A stretch of DNA of 64,000 nucleotides from Microcoleus sp. (lineage in GTDB: Bacteria > Cyanobacteriota > Cyanobacteriia > Cyanobacteriales > Microcoleaceae): assembly GCA_042408215.1 (NCBI GenBank), contig JAYFMW010000005.1, forward strand, positions 1-64,000. Direction: 5' to 3'. Below, in pieces: positions 39,525-49,418 of this stretch. Numbering within the stretch: the first letter of the stretch is position 1; every line of letters begins with the position of its first letter. Below the pieces are notes generated by a model. It ran no database searches. It was not told where the DNA came from and was given only the letters and a program-made list of their open reading frames with translations. The position numbers and the translations under genes were made by a program.

Positions 39525-40451
39525 TTAACTTGCAGATAAAATCTCTTCAAGTGCTAGTTTCAACGTCGGATATTCATATTGAAAACCGCTAACTAAAGTC
39601 TGTTTTGGCAACACCTGCTGACCTTCCAAAACAACTTTTGCCCCGTCTCCCAACAGCAATTCTAAAGCAAAACTTGGCACCGGCAACCAAGAAGGCCGCT
39701 TTAAAATTTCTCCTAATGTTTCGCACAATTCATTCATCCGAACTGGATTAGGTGCTGTCGCATTCAAAACACCTTCAATTTGCGGATTTTGCAAAGCATA
39801 CAATATTAAATTAACCACATCATCCCGGTGAATCCAAGAAAACCATTGTTTCCCTGTGCCGATCGGACCACCAGCAAATAATCTAAAAGCAGGTACCATT
39901 TTTGCCAGGGCACCTCCCATTCCCAAAACTATCCCCAGCCGCAAAATTACTAGCCGCGTTCCCGCATTTTTCACGGGTTGCGCCGCCGCTTCCCACTCTT
40001 TGCAAACTGTCGCTAAAAAATCATCCCCACCCAGGCTATTTTCCTCAAACTCGGCGGTTTCGCTGGTTCCGTAATAGCCGATCGCACTTGCACTCACAAA
40101 CACCGATGGTTTAGGATTAGCAAGTGCGATCGCCTCGACCAATTTTGCCGTTGTTAATTTGCGACTATCCAGAATTGCTTGCTGGCGCGCCGCCGTCCAC
40201 CTTTCCTCGGCGATCGGCACCCCAGCTAAATTTACAACACCATCGCAGCCCGCGATCGAATGCAGCCAATCACCAGACTCCGCTGGAGTGTAACCGACAA
40301 TTTCCAGATTCGGATAAGCTGAAGCGGGAAAAACTCGCCGAGCTCGCTCCGAGTCGCGGGCTAAAACCAGCACACTATGTCCTTCCGAATGCAGCCTCTC
40401 TACTAAGCGGCTACCTACAAATCCCGTTGCTCCTGCGATCGCTACTTTCAT
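39525..40451 (-). CDS. TIGR01777-family NAD-dependent epimerase (YfcH-like)
   Basis: GATGFVG, VNLAG, SAIGYYG, WIHRDD and NATAPNPV motifs. Confidence 0.92.
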   Translation of the reverse strand: MKVAIAGATGFVGSRLVERLHSEGHSVLVLARDSERARRVFPASAYPNLEIVGYTPAESGDWLHSIAGCDGVVNLAGVPIAEERWTAARQQAILDSRKLTTAKLVEAIALANPKPSVFVSASAIGYYGTSETAEFEENSLGGDDFLATVCKEWEAAAQPVKNAGTRLVILRLGIVLGMGGALAKMVPAFRLFAGGPIGTGKQWFSWIHRDDVVNLILYALQNPQIEGVLNATAPNPVRMNELCETLGEILKRPSWLPVPSFALELLLGDGAKVVLEGQQVLPKQTLVSGFQYEYPTLKLALEEILSAS

Positions 40452-40567
40452 TTTTAACCAATAATGCACATTTTTAGTATTTTAGACGATCGTCCAAACT
40501 TGTCTTAAAAGTATACAAAACTAGAGCCTGCCCGATCGCCTCAACACAAGCTTTATGTATAGCACTA

Positions 40568-40672
40568 ATATCGTTTCCGGTTGCATCGGAATGATTTAAC
40601 CGCAGAGGGCGCAGAGGGCGCAGAGGGAGAGAAGAGAGAGATGAATAATTCCGATGCTACCGGATTTGATAT
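40568..40672. mobile_element. Putative MITE with 25-bp imperfect TIRs enclosing a CGCAGAGGG repeat
   Basis: ATATCGTTTCCGGTTGCATCGGAAT ... ATTCCGATGCTACCGGATTTGATAT (21 of 25 match). Confidence 0.6.
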
Positions 40673-40835
40673 AAGGCCGAGTGTCACAATTAGTAAGGTG
40701 CGTCAGATACCTAAACCCTCAATCATCGCTCTAGAAATTCGCCTGACGCACCCTACAATTTGATTTCAGTATGCCAGTTGTGTAAGTCCTGATGTATTTT
40801 GATTAAACTAATAGGGGATGCGAGGAACACAAACA

Positions 40836-42464
40836 ATGCCTGCAAAAAAACCAAAGCTTCTAATTGCTGCCGTCATCATCGCAGCAGGTAGCGCCGCGGT
40901 CTACTTTTACTTCAAGGGTTTAGCCGAAAAAGTGTCCAACCCTCTCGAAAGTGCCAAAGTTGTACCCGACAAAGCAATGATGGCCGCGTTCATCTCCCCC
41001 AATCCCCAAGCGCTGTCCCAGTTGCAGCAATTTGGCACCCCAGGGGCTCAAAAGTTACTCGGCCAGGGTTTGAAGGCCTTTCAAGAACAAAGCTTGGCGG
41101 GCACTGAAATTGACTATGACAAGGACTTAAAGCCTTGGCTGGGCGGCGTGATGGTGGCTTTGCTTCCCCCTGATGGTGAGGCGAAGACGGAACCCCCGAA
41201 ACTGCTGCTGGTGGTAAGCGTGAAAAATCCAATTAGCGCTTGGAATTTTGCTAATAAATTAAAATCTCAGCAAGGTGCAAAAATTCAAGAGAGCGAGTAT
41301 AAAGGGGTAAAAATTTCTGAGATTACAGAACCAAGCGGTAAGGGCTACAGTGTGGCTTTGCTTGACGATCAATTAGTGATGGCTCCTTTCAGAAAGTCTG
41401 TGGAATTGGCGATCGATACTTTTAAAGGACAGCCTTCTCTCGCCTCGCAGCAGAGTGCAACTAAGTTTTTGGCTGAAAGTGCAGGGGTACAAAATCCGAT
41501 CGCAAATGTTTATATTCCTGATTATCCGGAAGCAATGGAGCAACTTCAAGCTAATTTGCCGCCAGATGTGAAATTGCCTTCAACCATGATTTCGCAGTTC
41601 AAACAAGTTAAGTCAATGGTTGCGGGAATTGGGATTGATCCGGCGGGATTGAGGGTGAAAAGTATCGCTCAGTTAGACCCTAAATTTCCTCAGCAAAATC
41701 CACAATTGCCATCGAAATTGTTGCCGATATTTCCGGGTGAAACTATTGCTTTAGTTGGCGGCAAGGGAATTGATAAAGTTTGGTCGGAAGCAACCGCCGA
41801 GGCAAAAACCAACCCGGATCTTACTAGCAGTATGAAGCAGATTCGGGATGGTTTGAAGCGGTTGAATTTGGATGCGGATCGAGATGTTTTTGGTTGGATG
41901 AATGGGGAATTTGCGATCGGGGCGATCGCTTCTAATCAAGGCATTTTGGCTCAGTTTGGGATGGGCGCGACGATGATTTTTGAAACGAGCGATCGCCCCG
42001 CAGCCGAAACGATGCTCAAAAAACTCGATGCGATCGCCAAAAGCAATCCTACAGTCAGCGTCGCCCCCAGACAAGTTCAGGGAAAGGAGGTTACGGAGTG
42101 GAAAATACCGCAACAAGGGACTTTATTCGGGCACGGCTGGCTGAATCAAAATACGATGTTTGTAGCTTTCGGGGGGCCTTTAGTTGATGTGATTAGTGCT
42201 ACTCCGCCGCAGCCGTTAAGCAGCAGTCCGAATTTTCAGGCGATCGCCACTTCTGTCTCACCGGGCGATCGGGGTTACTTTTACCTAGATATGGAAAAAA
42301 CCATGTCTTGGGCTAACCAATACCTGCTCAAAGCAGCACCAACTTTAGTTTCACCACCCACCGCTGAAGTGCTGAATTCTATTCGAGGAGTTAGCATAGT
42401 CACAACTTCCCCAGAGCCCTCAATTGCTCAATTGGAAATGCTGTTTTCCTTCAAATCTAATTAG
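40836..42464 (+). CDS. DUF3352-like periplasmic protein with N-terminal anchor
   Basis: N-terminal TM; DLKPWLG, YKGVKI, VFGWMNGEFA and GYFYLD motifs. Confidence 0.75.
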   Translation: MPAKKPKLLIAAVIIAAGSAAVYFYFKGLAEKVSNPLESAKVVPDKAMMAAFISPNPQALSQLQQFGTPGAQKLLGQGLKAFQEQSLAGTEIDYDKDLKPWLGGVMVALLPPDGEAKTEPPKLLLVVSVKNPISAWNFANKLKSQQGAKIQESEYKGVKISEITEPSGKGYSVALLDDQLVMAPFRKSVELAIDTFKGQPSLASQQSATKFLAESAGVQNPIANVYIPDYPEAMEQLQANLPPDVKLPSTMISQFKQVKSMVAGIGIDPAGLRVKSIAQLDPKFPQQNPQLPSKLLPIFPGETIALVGGKGIDKVWSEATAEAKTNPDLTSSMKQIRDGLKRLNLDADRDVFGWMNGEFAIGAIASNQGILAQFGMGATMIFETSDRPAAETMLKKLDAIAKSNPTVSVAPRQVQGKEVTEWKIPQQGTLFGHGWLNQNTMFVAFGGPLVDVISATPPQPLSSSPNFQAIATSVSPGDRGYFYLDMEKTMSWANQYLLKAAPTLVSPPTAEVLNSIRGVSIVTTSPEPSIAQLEMLFSFKSN

Positions 42465-42483
42465 CTAATTGGGAATCTATGCT

Positions 42484-42720
42484 CTTGTCCCCCCCTTCTT
42501 AAGGGGGGCTAGGGGGGATCTCCGGGTTTCAAAAAAGGGGAGTAGGGGTTGACTTTGACTGCTCTTGTCCCACCCCTACTCCCCTGAAAAAGGGGAGTAG
42601 GGGTTGACTTTGACTGCTCTTGTCCCACCCCTCTACTCCCCTGAAAAAGGGGGAGTAGGGGTTGACTTTGACTGCTCTTGTCCCCCCCTTCTTAAGGGGG
42701 GCTAGGGGGGATCTCCGGGT
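42484..42720. repeat. Tandem CCCCCTT/AAGGGGG-GGGAGTAGGGG repeat cluster
   Basis: Four related units containing GCTCTTGTCCC. Confidence 0.85.
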
Positions 42721-42743
42721 TTCAACCGCCGAATGAAACCGCC

Positions 42744-44267
42744 TCATCTTCCCCTCTTAAATTTAGCTAGAATATTCTTGAAATTGGCCAATAACAAAAC
42801 CCAACCCCAAACCGCAACACCCGCACCAATACTAATCAACAACACCAACACAAAAGGATGAATTTCTACCTTAATTAAAGGCCAATAAAACTTCTGACTA
42901 GGTGCATCTTGCTTGATGAAATAAGGAGCACTGCTGGCTACCACACCCGCCGCCCCCAAACCAAAACCTACAGCTTGAATTGTTACCTCTAGTTTCGCAT
43001 CCCGATAAGCTTCCTCGATCGCCACAATAGCTCGAATTGCCTCCGTTGCTTGCTCTAGCAACCCCGAACCATGTTTGAAATAGCCTAAATCAGCTTGAAT
43101 CTGCCTTTGAAACTGCGGGCAAGTTTCTTTACTGAATACTTCGAGAAAACTTAAATCGGCATCACTACCATTATACTTTTTAGCTGCTTTGATGTCAAGA
43201 CTTATTTGATTTAATTTATCCTGGTAATTTTGGGCATTAATGGCGATCGTATTTTGCCTAAACTCCAAATCAATCAGCATTCGGGCATACTTCACAGCCC
43301 GTGGCGGCATCTCAATCATCTGACTTGCCAGATATTCTAATTCCTCCTCCTTTAAACCAACACCTTTCGAGTGTCGCTGCTGAGATTGATCCCGCTGCAA
43401 ATACTTAAAAGTCTTGTCAATATCCAGTTCAATTTGTTTATATTCCTCGCGAATCACCGCGTAAAGTTTGCGGCTATCGCGATAAGCCCGAAGAATCTTA
43501 TTTCGGTACAAAAACAAATCCATAAAATCACTATAGCGCGTCTCATCCCAGATTTCATCAGTTACCGAACTGTTGAAAAACCAGACAAGAATGTGACTGT
43601 TACCATCTAGCTGACTCGGATTCCCGTACTCCAAAATCGGACTACCAAACAACTCGCCTTGACGGTAAAAATCCGGCAGATTTTGACCATAAATAAACTT
43701 TTCCAAACACTGTTTACCTAAACCTTTGAGAAACTGCGAATCAGCCCGCGCAGCCTGATTTTGTTCCACACTCAGCCAAGCCGTAAGCAGCAGAGTTTGC
43801 CCGAAATAACTCTGCACAAAATCCGGCAACAAGCAGTTATCAGCATTAAACTCTCGGAAGATGCTAACATCGACAGCAGGAGTTTTAATGCCGTTAAGTT
43901 TTTCGGGAACAAAAATTTTTAAACCCAGGGCATAGCTATCATCAATTCGCATCGGTAGGGCAAAACCCTTGAGAGTAATTGGCTGATTTTCAACCGAAAT
44001 CTCCTTAGTAAAAGCCAGAGAATTGCGATTCTCAACAACTTGTTTATTAATCAGGTTAACTCGCCAGCCTACCGGTTCATCTTTTTTGTCCAAATAGCAG
44101 CCATTAAATCCTGTACCCACTGCTAATTTAGCCTGCAAAATCTCATCGCACTTCTGCCACAAAGTTACTAATTCCACAGAGGAATTAGACTCTGATTCTA
44201 GGGCGTTGCAGAGGTGAAAAGCAAATAAATAGACATTCGGGGCATAGATTTTGCTACTTTGAGTCAT
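42744..44267 (-). CDS. Hypothetical protein with helical middle region and two C-terminal TM helices (third gene of CHAT operon)
   Basis: 507 aa; TM-like TIQAVGFGLGAAGVVA and FVLVLLISIGAGVAVWGWVLLL; start overlaps the upstream small gene. Confidence 0.75.
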   Translation of the reverse strand: MTQSSKIYAPNVYLFAFHLCNALESESNSSVELVTLWQKCDEILQAKLAVGTGFNGCYLDKKDEPVGWRVNLINKQVVENRNSLAFTKEISVENQPITLKGFALPMRIDDSYALGLKIFVPEKLNGIKTPAVDVSIFREFNADNCLLPDFVQSYFGQTLLLTAWLSVEQNQAARADSQFLKGLGKQCLEKFIYGQNLPDFYRQGELFGSPILEYGNPSQLDGNSHILVWFFNSSVTDEIWDETRYSDFMDLFLYRNKILRAYRDSRKLYAVIREEYKQIELDIDKTFKYLQRDQSQQRHSKGVGLKEEELEYLASQMIEMPPRAVKYARMLIDLEFRQNTIAINAQNYQDKLNQISLDIKAAKKYNGSDADLSFLEVFSKETCPQFQRQIQADLGYFKHGSGLLEQATEAIRAIVAIEEAYRDAKLEVTIQAVGFGLGAAGVVASSAPYFIKQDAPSQKFYWPLIKVEIHPFVLVLLISIGAGVAVWGWVLLLANFKNILAKFKRGR

Positions 44268-44616
44268 TGCTGGTATCTGATTGATTATATGCGTCGATTT
44301 TTTGAAGTTTTTTGTAGCTATCTTCAATGCTTTTACGCAGGGTTTGAGTGATATTAGTTAGCGGCTGCATTGTACTTGGGGTCGGTTCCCCCGCATCCTC
44401 GAAATCTTTCCGCAGACTATCTCTTAATGTGTCTACCAATCCATGATTCGCGCACCACTTGCTGATAGTGAAAGCAATGGGAAACAATTCATCATCTGCG
44501 GATTCTGCTATTTCTTCCTCTAATTCTGGTAAATCTTGCCATGCTGTCGGCGTGAAGATACTCGGATTTTCGCCCAGCCATTTGAGAAAGAGAATGATAA
44601 CTTTGTCAGGTTCCAT
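44254..44616 (-). CDS. Small acidic protein (second gene of CHAT operon)
   Basis: GGAGG RBS then MEPDKVIILFLKWL; 120 aa. Confidence 0.75.
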   Translation of the reverse strand: MEPDKVIILFLKWLGENPSIFTPTAWQDLPELEEEIAESADDELFPIAFTISKWCANHGLVDTLRDSLRKDFEDAGEPTPSTMQPLTNITQTLRKSIEDSYKKLQKIDAYNQSDTSNDSK

Positions 44617-44650
44617 AGTAATTCCTCCCGTGATTAAAAAAAATACATTC

Positions 44651-44817
44651 GTAGGGGCGGGTTTCACCAACCATAATCGCCTGAAACAAACAATCTCAAA
44701 AACCCGCCCAACCCAACCAACAATCATCATCTACATTTTAACACCTATAGTTGTGGGGGGGCGGGTTTATATAGATTGTTGGTAATCGTTATATATTGTT
44801 GGTGAACCCGCCCCTAC
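44651..44817. repeat. GTAG-type REP doublets (GTAGGGGCGGGTTT...AACCCGCCCCTAC)
   Basis: Two hairpin pairs between the CHAT stop and the small gene. Confidence 0.8.
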
Positions 44818-46700
44818 TTAATATCCCGTCGCGCAGAATGCCGCCCAATATTTCGGATCGCGAAACGGCTGTTCCTCCCTCGAACATATTAACCACAATT
44901 CCACACTTTGTCTAGATTTATTATCTAAATTTAACAATCCTACCCAAATTATAAAATCCTCCCGACTAACAGCGCGCATCCAGTTTTGCGCCGCATTCAA
45001 AGCAACGGCGACCGAAATTTTCCTTGCCAATTCCTGATAAAATTTAATCATCAAAATTGCCGTCGCAAAATCATCGACAGCCCACAGACTGCTGACAACA
45101 TTCATGCTGCCGGCATACAAGAAACCGCTGGGTAAACCAATGTACTCATCCGTCATTGCGGTTGAGGTGGTTAACCCCGTTTCGCAGGCGGAAAGTGTGA
45201 CGAGACTGCATTGCGGTAACTGCAATTCCGCAAAGATTTCTCGCAAGGTTAGGCATTTTTCTGGGATGGCTTTTCTGCCGCTGCGTAGGGTGACGTAGCG
45301 CTTGGTTTCTAGCCCCTCTTCTAGCCCCCCGTTAGCAAAGGCGTTTTCTTCTCTTAGCCCCCCCTTACTAAGGGGGGGTTGGGGGGGGTTAATTTCTAAT
45401 ATTGGTTCCAGGGAATCGGCTAACACTAGAGATGACAGCAACGGATAGTCAAAGTTGAAAACGCCGTGACAGGAAAAGTGCAGGTAGCTGGCATTTGAGA
45501 GGTTTTCTCGGTTTTCGTTGAGGGCGATTTTTGTGGCTTGTTTTTTGAGTAATATTTGATGCAAGTCGAATCTAATTTTGATGGTTTCTACTTCCATATC
45601 CGCGTTGAATAAGTCTTCGGTGGGATTCTGGAGTGCGAATAGTTGTTGCTGATTTTGTGCGGTGGATTTTCTGGTGGTGATGCGATTTTTTACGAGTTCC
45701 AGCAATTGCAAGCTGGGGGCGTATTTTACGCCGTCTGGGAAGCCGTCGAGGAGGTAGCCGCGAAAGTTAGTTTTTTGTTTAAATCGGGTTTCTGAGGTGA
45801 ATTGGAGGGCGTGGAGGGGGAATAAATGCAGGTAGCGGTGGGGGACTAAGGTTAGTTGTTTGCAGGTTTCGGGGATTTGGGCGGCTATTTCGTTTAGGCG
45901 CAGGATTTCTGAGAGTTTTTCGAGTTTTTGGGAGAGGGTGTTTTGCCAGGTTGTGATGGTCTTTTTGTTGCGGTATTCGTCGAGATAGTCGTTTTTCCAA
46001 GTTTCTAATTCGGCTATTTCGGCTGTGGTATATGTGACTAATTCTATGTTGTTGCGGGTGATGATAAATGCAGATCCTCCCCAGCTATTATCGGAGTTGG
46101 AGTTGTTGGTGGTGATGCTGGGATCTGATCCCCCCCGGCCCCCCTTAAGAAGGGGGGAGTTGGAGTTGGGGTTGGAGTTGTTGGTGGTGATGCTGGGATC
46201 TGATCCCCCCCGGCCCCCCTTAAGAAGGGGGGAGTTGGAGTTGGAGTTGGGGTTGGGGTTGTTGGTGGTGATGCTGGGATCTGATCCCCCCCAGCCCCCC
46301 TTAAGAAGGGGGGGGTTGGAGTTGGAGTTGGGGTTGCCGATGTACCATTCTATGATTGCTGTTTCGGTGTCTAAGGTTTGTTGGAATTTGGTGATGTCGA
46401 TGGGTTCGACTTTTTGAGTTAGGGTGAATTCTGGTTCTCGTTGTTTTATCTGTTCCAGCAATTGTGCTAGTTGCTGTGATGTTGTTTCTAATTTGTCTTT
46501 TTGTTGTTGGAAAGATTCGGGGCTGAGACTGCGGGTTTGTGTTGTGCGTTTTCCGCCGGAAATTCCGGTTTCTCCACTGTTTTCGGGGGGAAGAGATGGG
46601 GTTTCTGTGTCTAGGAATTGTCGGGCGGCGATTTGGTGGCGCAAGTTTGTTAGTTGCTGTTTCTCGGTGTCGCTGCACTACCCATGTTTGGGATATTTTA
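44818..46700 (-). pseudogene. CHAT (caspase-like) protease gene lacking its N-terminal region; in-frame TAG at 46678-46680; ORF from TTG 46644
   Basis: VPHRYLHLFPLHAL, LHFSCHG (His), LSACETG (Cys), SSLWAVDD and YWAAF motifs. Confidence 0.8.
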
Positions 46701-46738
46701 CATTGTTTGTGGGGGGAAAACAACAACGAAGGGTTTCT

Positions 46739-47255
46739 GGCCACCACCCGTGAGTTCCAAGAAACCGGGTTTTTCTCCCAAATCTGCGACTGTAACCAAG
46801 TATCTCGCAAAAACCCGGTTTCTGGTCACCACCCGTGAGCTCCAAGAAACCGGGTTTTTCTCCCAAATCTGCGACTGTAACCAAGTATCTCGCAAAAACC
46901 CGGTTTCTGGCCACCACCCGTGAGCTCCAAGAAACCGGGTTTTTCTCCCAAATTTGCGACTGTAACCAAGTATCTCGCAAAAACCCGGTTTCTGGCCACC
47001 ACCCGTGAGCTCCAAGAAACCGGGTTTTTCTCCCAAATTTGCGACTGTAACCAAGTATCTCGCAAAAACCCGGTTTCTGGCCACCACCCGTGAGCTCCAA
47101 GAAACCGGGTTTTTCTCCCAAATCTGCGACTGTAACCAAGTATCTCGCAAAAACCCGGTTTCTGGCCACCACCCGTGAGCTCCAAGAAACCGGGTTTTTC
47201 TCCCAAATCTGCGACTGTAACCAAGTATCTCGCAAAAACCCGGTTTCTGGCCACC
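46739..47255. repeat. Six near-identical 85-bp tandem units of the AGAAACCGGG hairpin family
   Basis: Unit GGCCACCACCCGTGAGCTCCAAGAAACCGGGTTTTT...AAAAACCCGGTTTCT. Confidence 0.92.
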
Positions 47256-47355
47256 TGTCAACAGTCAACAATCAACAAACAAAAAAAAGATGCTGCCTTT
47301 CCGTCGAGGGCAGCTACTTCAGTAAAGCATTTTATTGTCTCTCAAAAATTCTAGA

Positions 47356-47553
47356 TTAACCTTCAGACGTTCCCGATTTATTCGGTAGTTGCAAGTCATC
47401 TGGATCAACATAATGACAAACTGCTTTGTCTATACAAATCAAAGCCCAACCAGATCTATCTATACTCATCAGCTTGTAAGATGCTGGCTGAATAAAGAAA
47501 CCTTTGTGATTGCGAGTTGCTGGTTTGATATTAACGTGGTTCTCAGCGATCAT
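47356..47553 (-). CDS. Small hypothetical protein
   Basis: 65-aa ORF with AGGAG RBS and a downstream hairpin plus T-tract (about 47281-47315). Confidence 0.6.
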   Translation of the reverse strand: MIAENHVNIKPATRNHKGFFIQPASYKLMSIDRSGWALICIDKAVCHYVDPDDLQLPNKSGTSEG

Positions 47554-48130
47554 AGTCTTAAAACTCCTGGTACTGTTTGTTAACTAAGCCTGTACTGATA
47601 CTTTTAATTGGGACAATCTCCGACAATCTGAGACAATCCAAATATAGCAATCCTATTGCAAGGATTGGTGGTATCCCACAAAGCTATTGCCGTGAGACAA
47701 TAGCGCTTTTTAATGTCTTAGACACCTGCAAACATTCAGGACTACGCCTATAAATAGGTACGCCTGTATTTGCTGGTAGCCGAACAAGCTTTCGCGGTTA
47801 GTGACTTTCGTAGTCCCAAGTTGCTTAGGTCTTTTAAGCCGAACCATTGGTTTCTGACTTATCTAAGTTTACCAGAGCAGCGCGATTTTTTGGGAAAGTA
47901 TTTGTTAAACACAATTACTTACATTGTTGGGCTTATTACGGGAAAGTCGGGGAAATAGTCGTCCTAGTAACTGCTCCGCCGATCGAACTTGTGAATCGTC
48001 TAAGTCTTCAAATACTAGCACTGCTATTCTGAGATTTCCATAAAGTTATTTATTGATTTGTTACGACATCGTAATAAATCCCCAAGCCGATTTCCGCGAT
48101 CCCCGCGCAAAAATCGACTGGTTTCCGTGG

Positions 48131-48547
48131 CTAGGGCTCAAACAGCCATTGCTGAACGCGGGTGAGACTCTTCCAGTCCGGTTTTCTGCTTAACCCATCT
48201 TCAAAATTCTTTTTAACTTCTTCGAGCAACTCTTCGGAAGCCATCAGGATTTGCTGAGCTACTTCTACATGAGGCCGCACGCCTTTTTCTTTGAGGTCGA
48301 GGATTGCTACTGCTAGGTTGATCCGGGCTTGGGGGTCGTGAGGGTTCAATTTAACGGCTGTTTTAGCTGCCTTTTGAGCTGATGCGGGTTTTTCTTCCAA
48401 TAGGTAGAGCCACGCGAGGCTAGCCCAAGCATTGCCGTTTTTGGGAGCGCTAGCGCACACTTCTTTGAACAGGGGAATCAAATCTTTGGGGGCTTCGCCT
48501 GCTTGGTAGCGATCGAAACCTTCTTTAAACAATTCTTCAGGAGTCAT
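48131..48547 (-). CDS. TPR-containing protein
   Basis: MTPEELFKEG...AWASLAWLYLL...AVKLNPHDPQARINLA. Confidence 0.8.
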   Translation of the reverse strand: MTPEELFKEGFDRYQAGEAPKDLIPLFKEVCASAPKNGNAWASLAWLYLLEEKPASAQKAAKTAVKLNPHDPQARINLAVAILDLKEKGVRPHVEVAQQILMASEELLEEVKKNFEDGLSRKPDWKSLTRVQQWLFEP

Positions 48548-48632
48548 TCGATTTTGGATTTTGGATTTGGAATTTTGGATTGGAAAGGGCATGGGGTAAT
48601 TTAAAACTCTTGCCCCATGCCCAATTTTCAGG

Positions 48633-48986
48633 TTATGTAGAAAAAGAACTGCCACAGCCGCAAGTTTGAGTAGCGTTGGGGTTGGTAAACTGAAAGCCGC
48701 CACCGATCATGGCGTCGCTGAAGTCCAGCACCAAACCGTAGAGATAGAGAATGCTCTTGCGATCGCAAACTACCTGAAAGCCTTCGTAATCGAACACTTC
48801 ATCGTCAGATTTGACAGTGCTCGGATCTGCGAAATCCATCACGTAAGACATACCAGAGCAGCCGCCCTGCCGCACCCCTACCCGCAAGCAGAGGTCTTTA
48901 CCTTGTCTTTCTCTCAGGGCTAAAACTTGACGGACTGCGGAGTCCGTCATTTGAATGCCCCGCTTTTGTGAAATGGCTTGAGTCAT
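48633..48986 (-). CDS. iscA: A-type Fe-S cluster carrier (IscA/HesB)
   Basis: GGCSGMSY and NPNATQTCGCGSSF motifs. Confidence 0.93.
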   Translation of the reverse strand: MTQAISQKRGIQMTDSAVRQVLALRERQGKDLCLRVGVRQGGCSGMSYVMDFADPSTVKSDDEVFDYEGFQVVCDRKSILYLYGLVLDFSDAMIGGGFQFTNPNATQTCGCGSSFST

Positions 48987-49418
48987 GGTTTGCCGAACTC
49001 CTGATACTCTGCAATGGTAAGAGTTTAATCTTATCCATCCATTGTACAGGACTCCCGAAGGCTTCTGCTGTTGAGGGCCGCGCCTGCGGGAGCCTGGTTG
49101 AATTTTGGGCGTAGCGAAGCATCGAGGGACACTCTCTCGTTTGTATCGAAGTCTAGATCCCCCTCCCATCCCCCTGATAGTCGGGGAGTAGGGGGTGACT
49201 TTGAGAGAACGCTCTTGTCCCACACCCCCTACTCCCCTACTCCCCTGATAGTCGGGGAGTAGGGGGTATCTCCGGGGAAAGAAAATACGTCCTAGGGGGG
49301 GATCGAGTTCCCATTCCGCAATCCCTTCCCCCTCCCTTCCCCATAGGGTTTATGATTGAGAAGCAGTGGTTGACATGACCAGCACTGCAACCATGCTTTA
49401 CCCAACGGGCTTACTCTA

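Noticed and set aside
46654..47359. Overlapping ORFs in several frames
   Set aside because: Products of the 85-bp tandem repeat, which is stop-free on the minus strand; no independent coding evidence.
49040..49135. SRP RNA (ffs)
   Set aside because: Lacks the CAGG..GGAA..AGCAGC domain IV motif on either strand.
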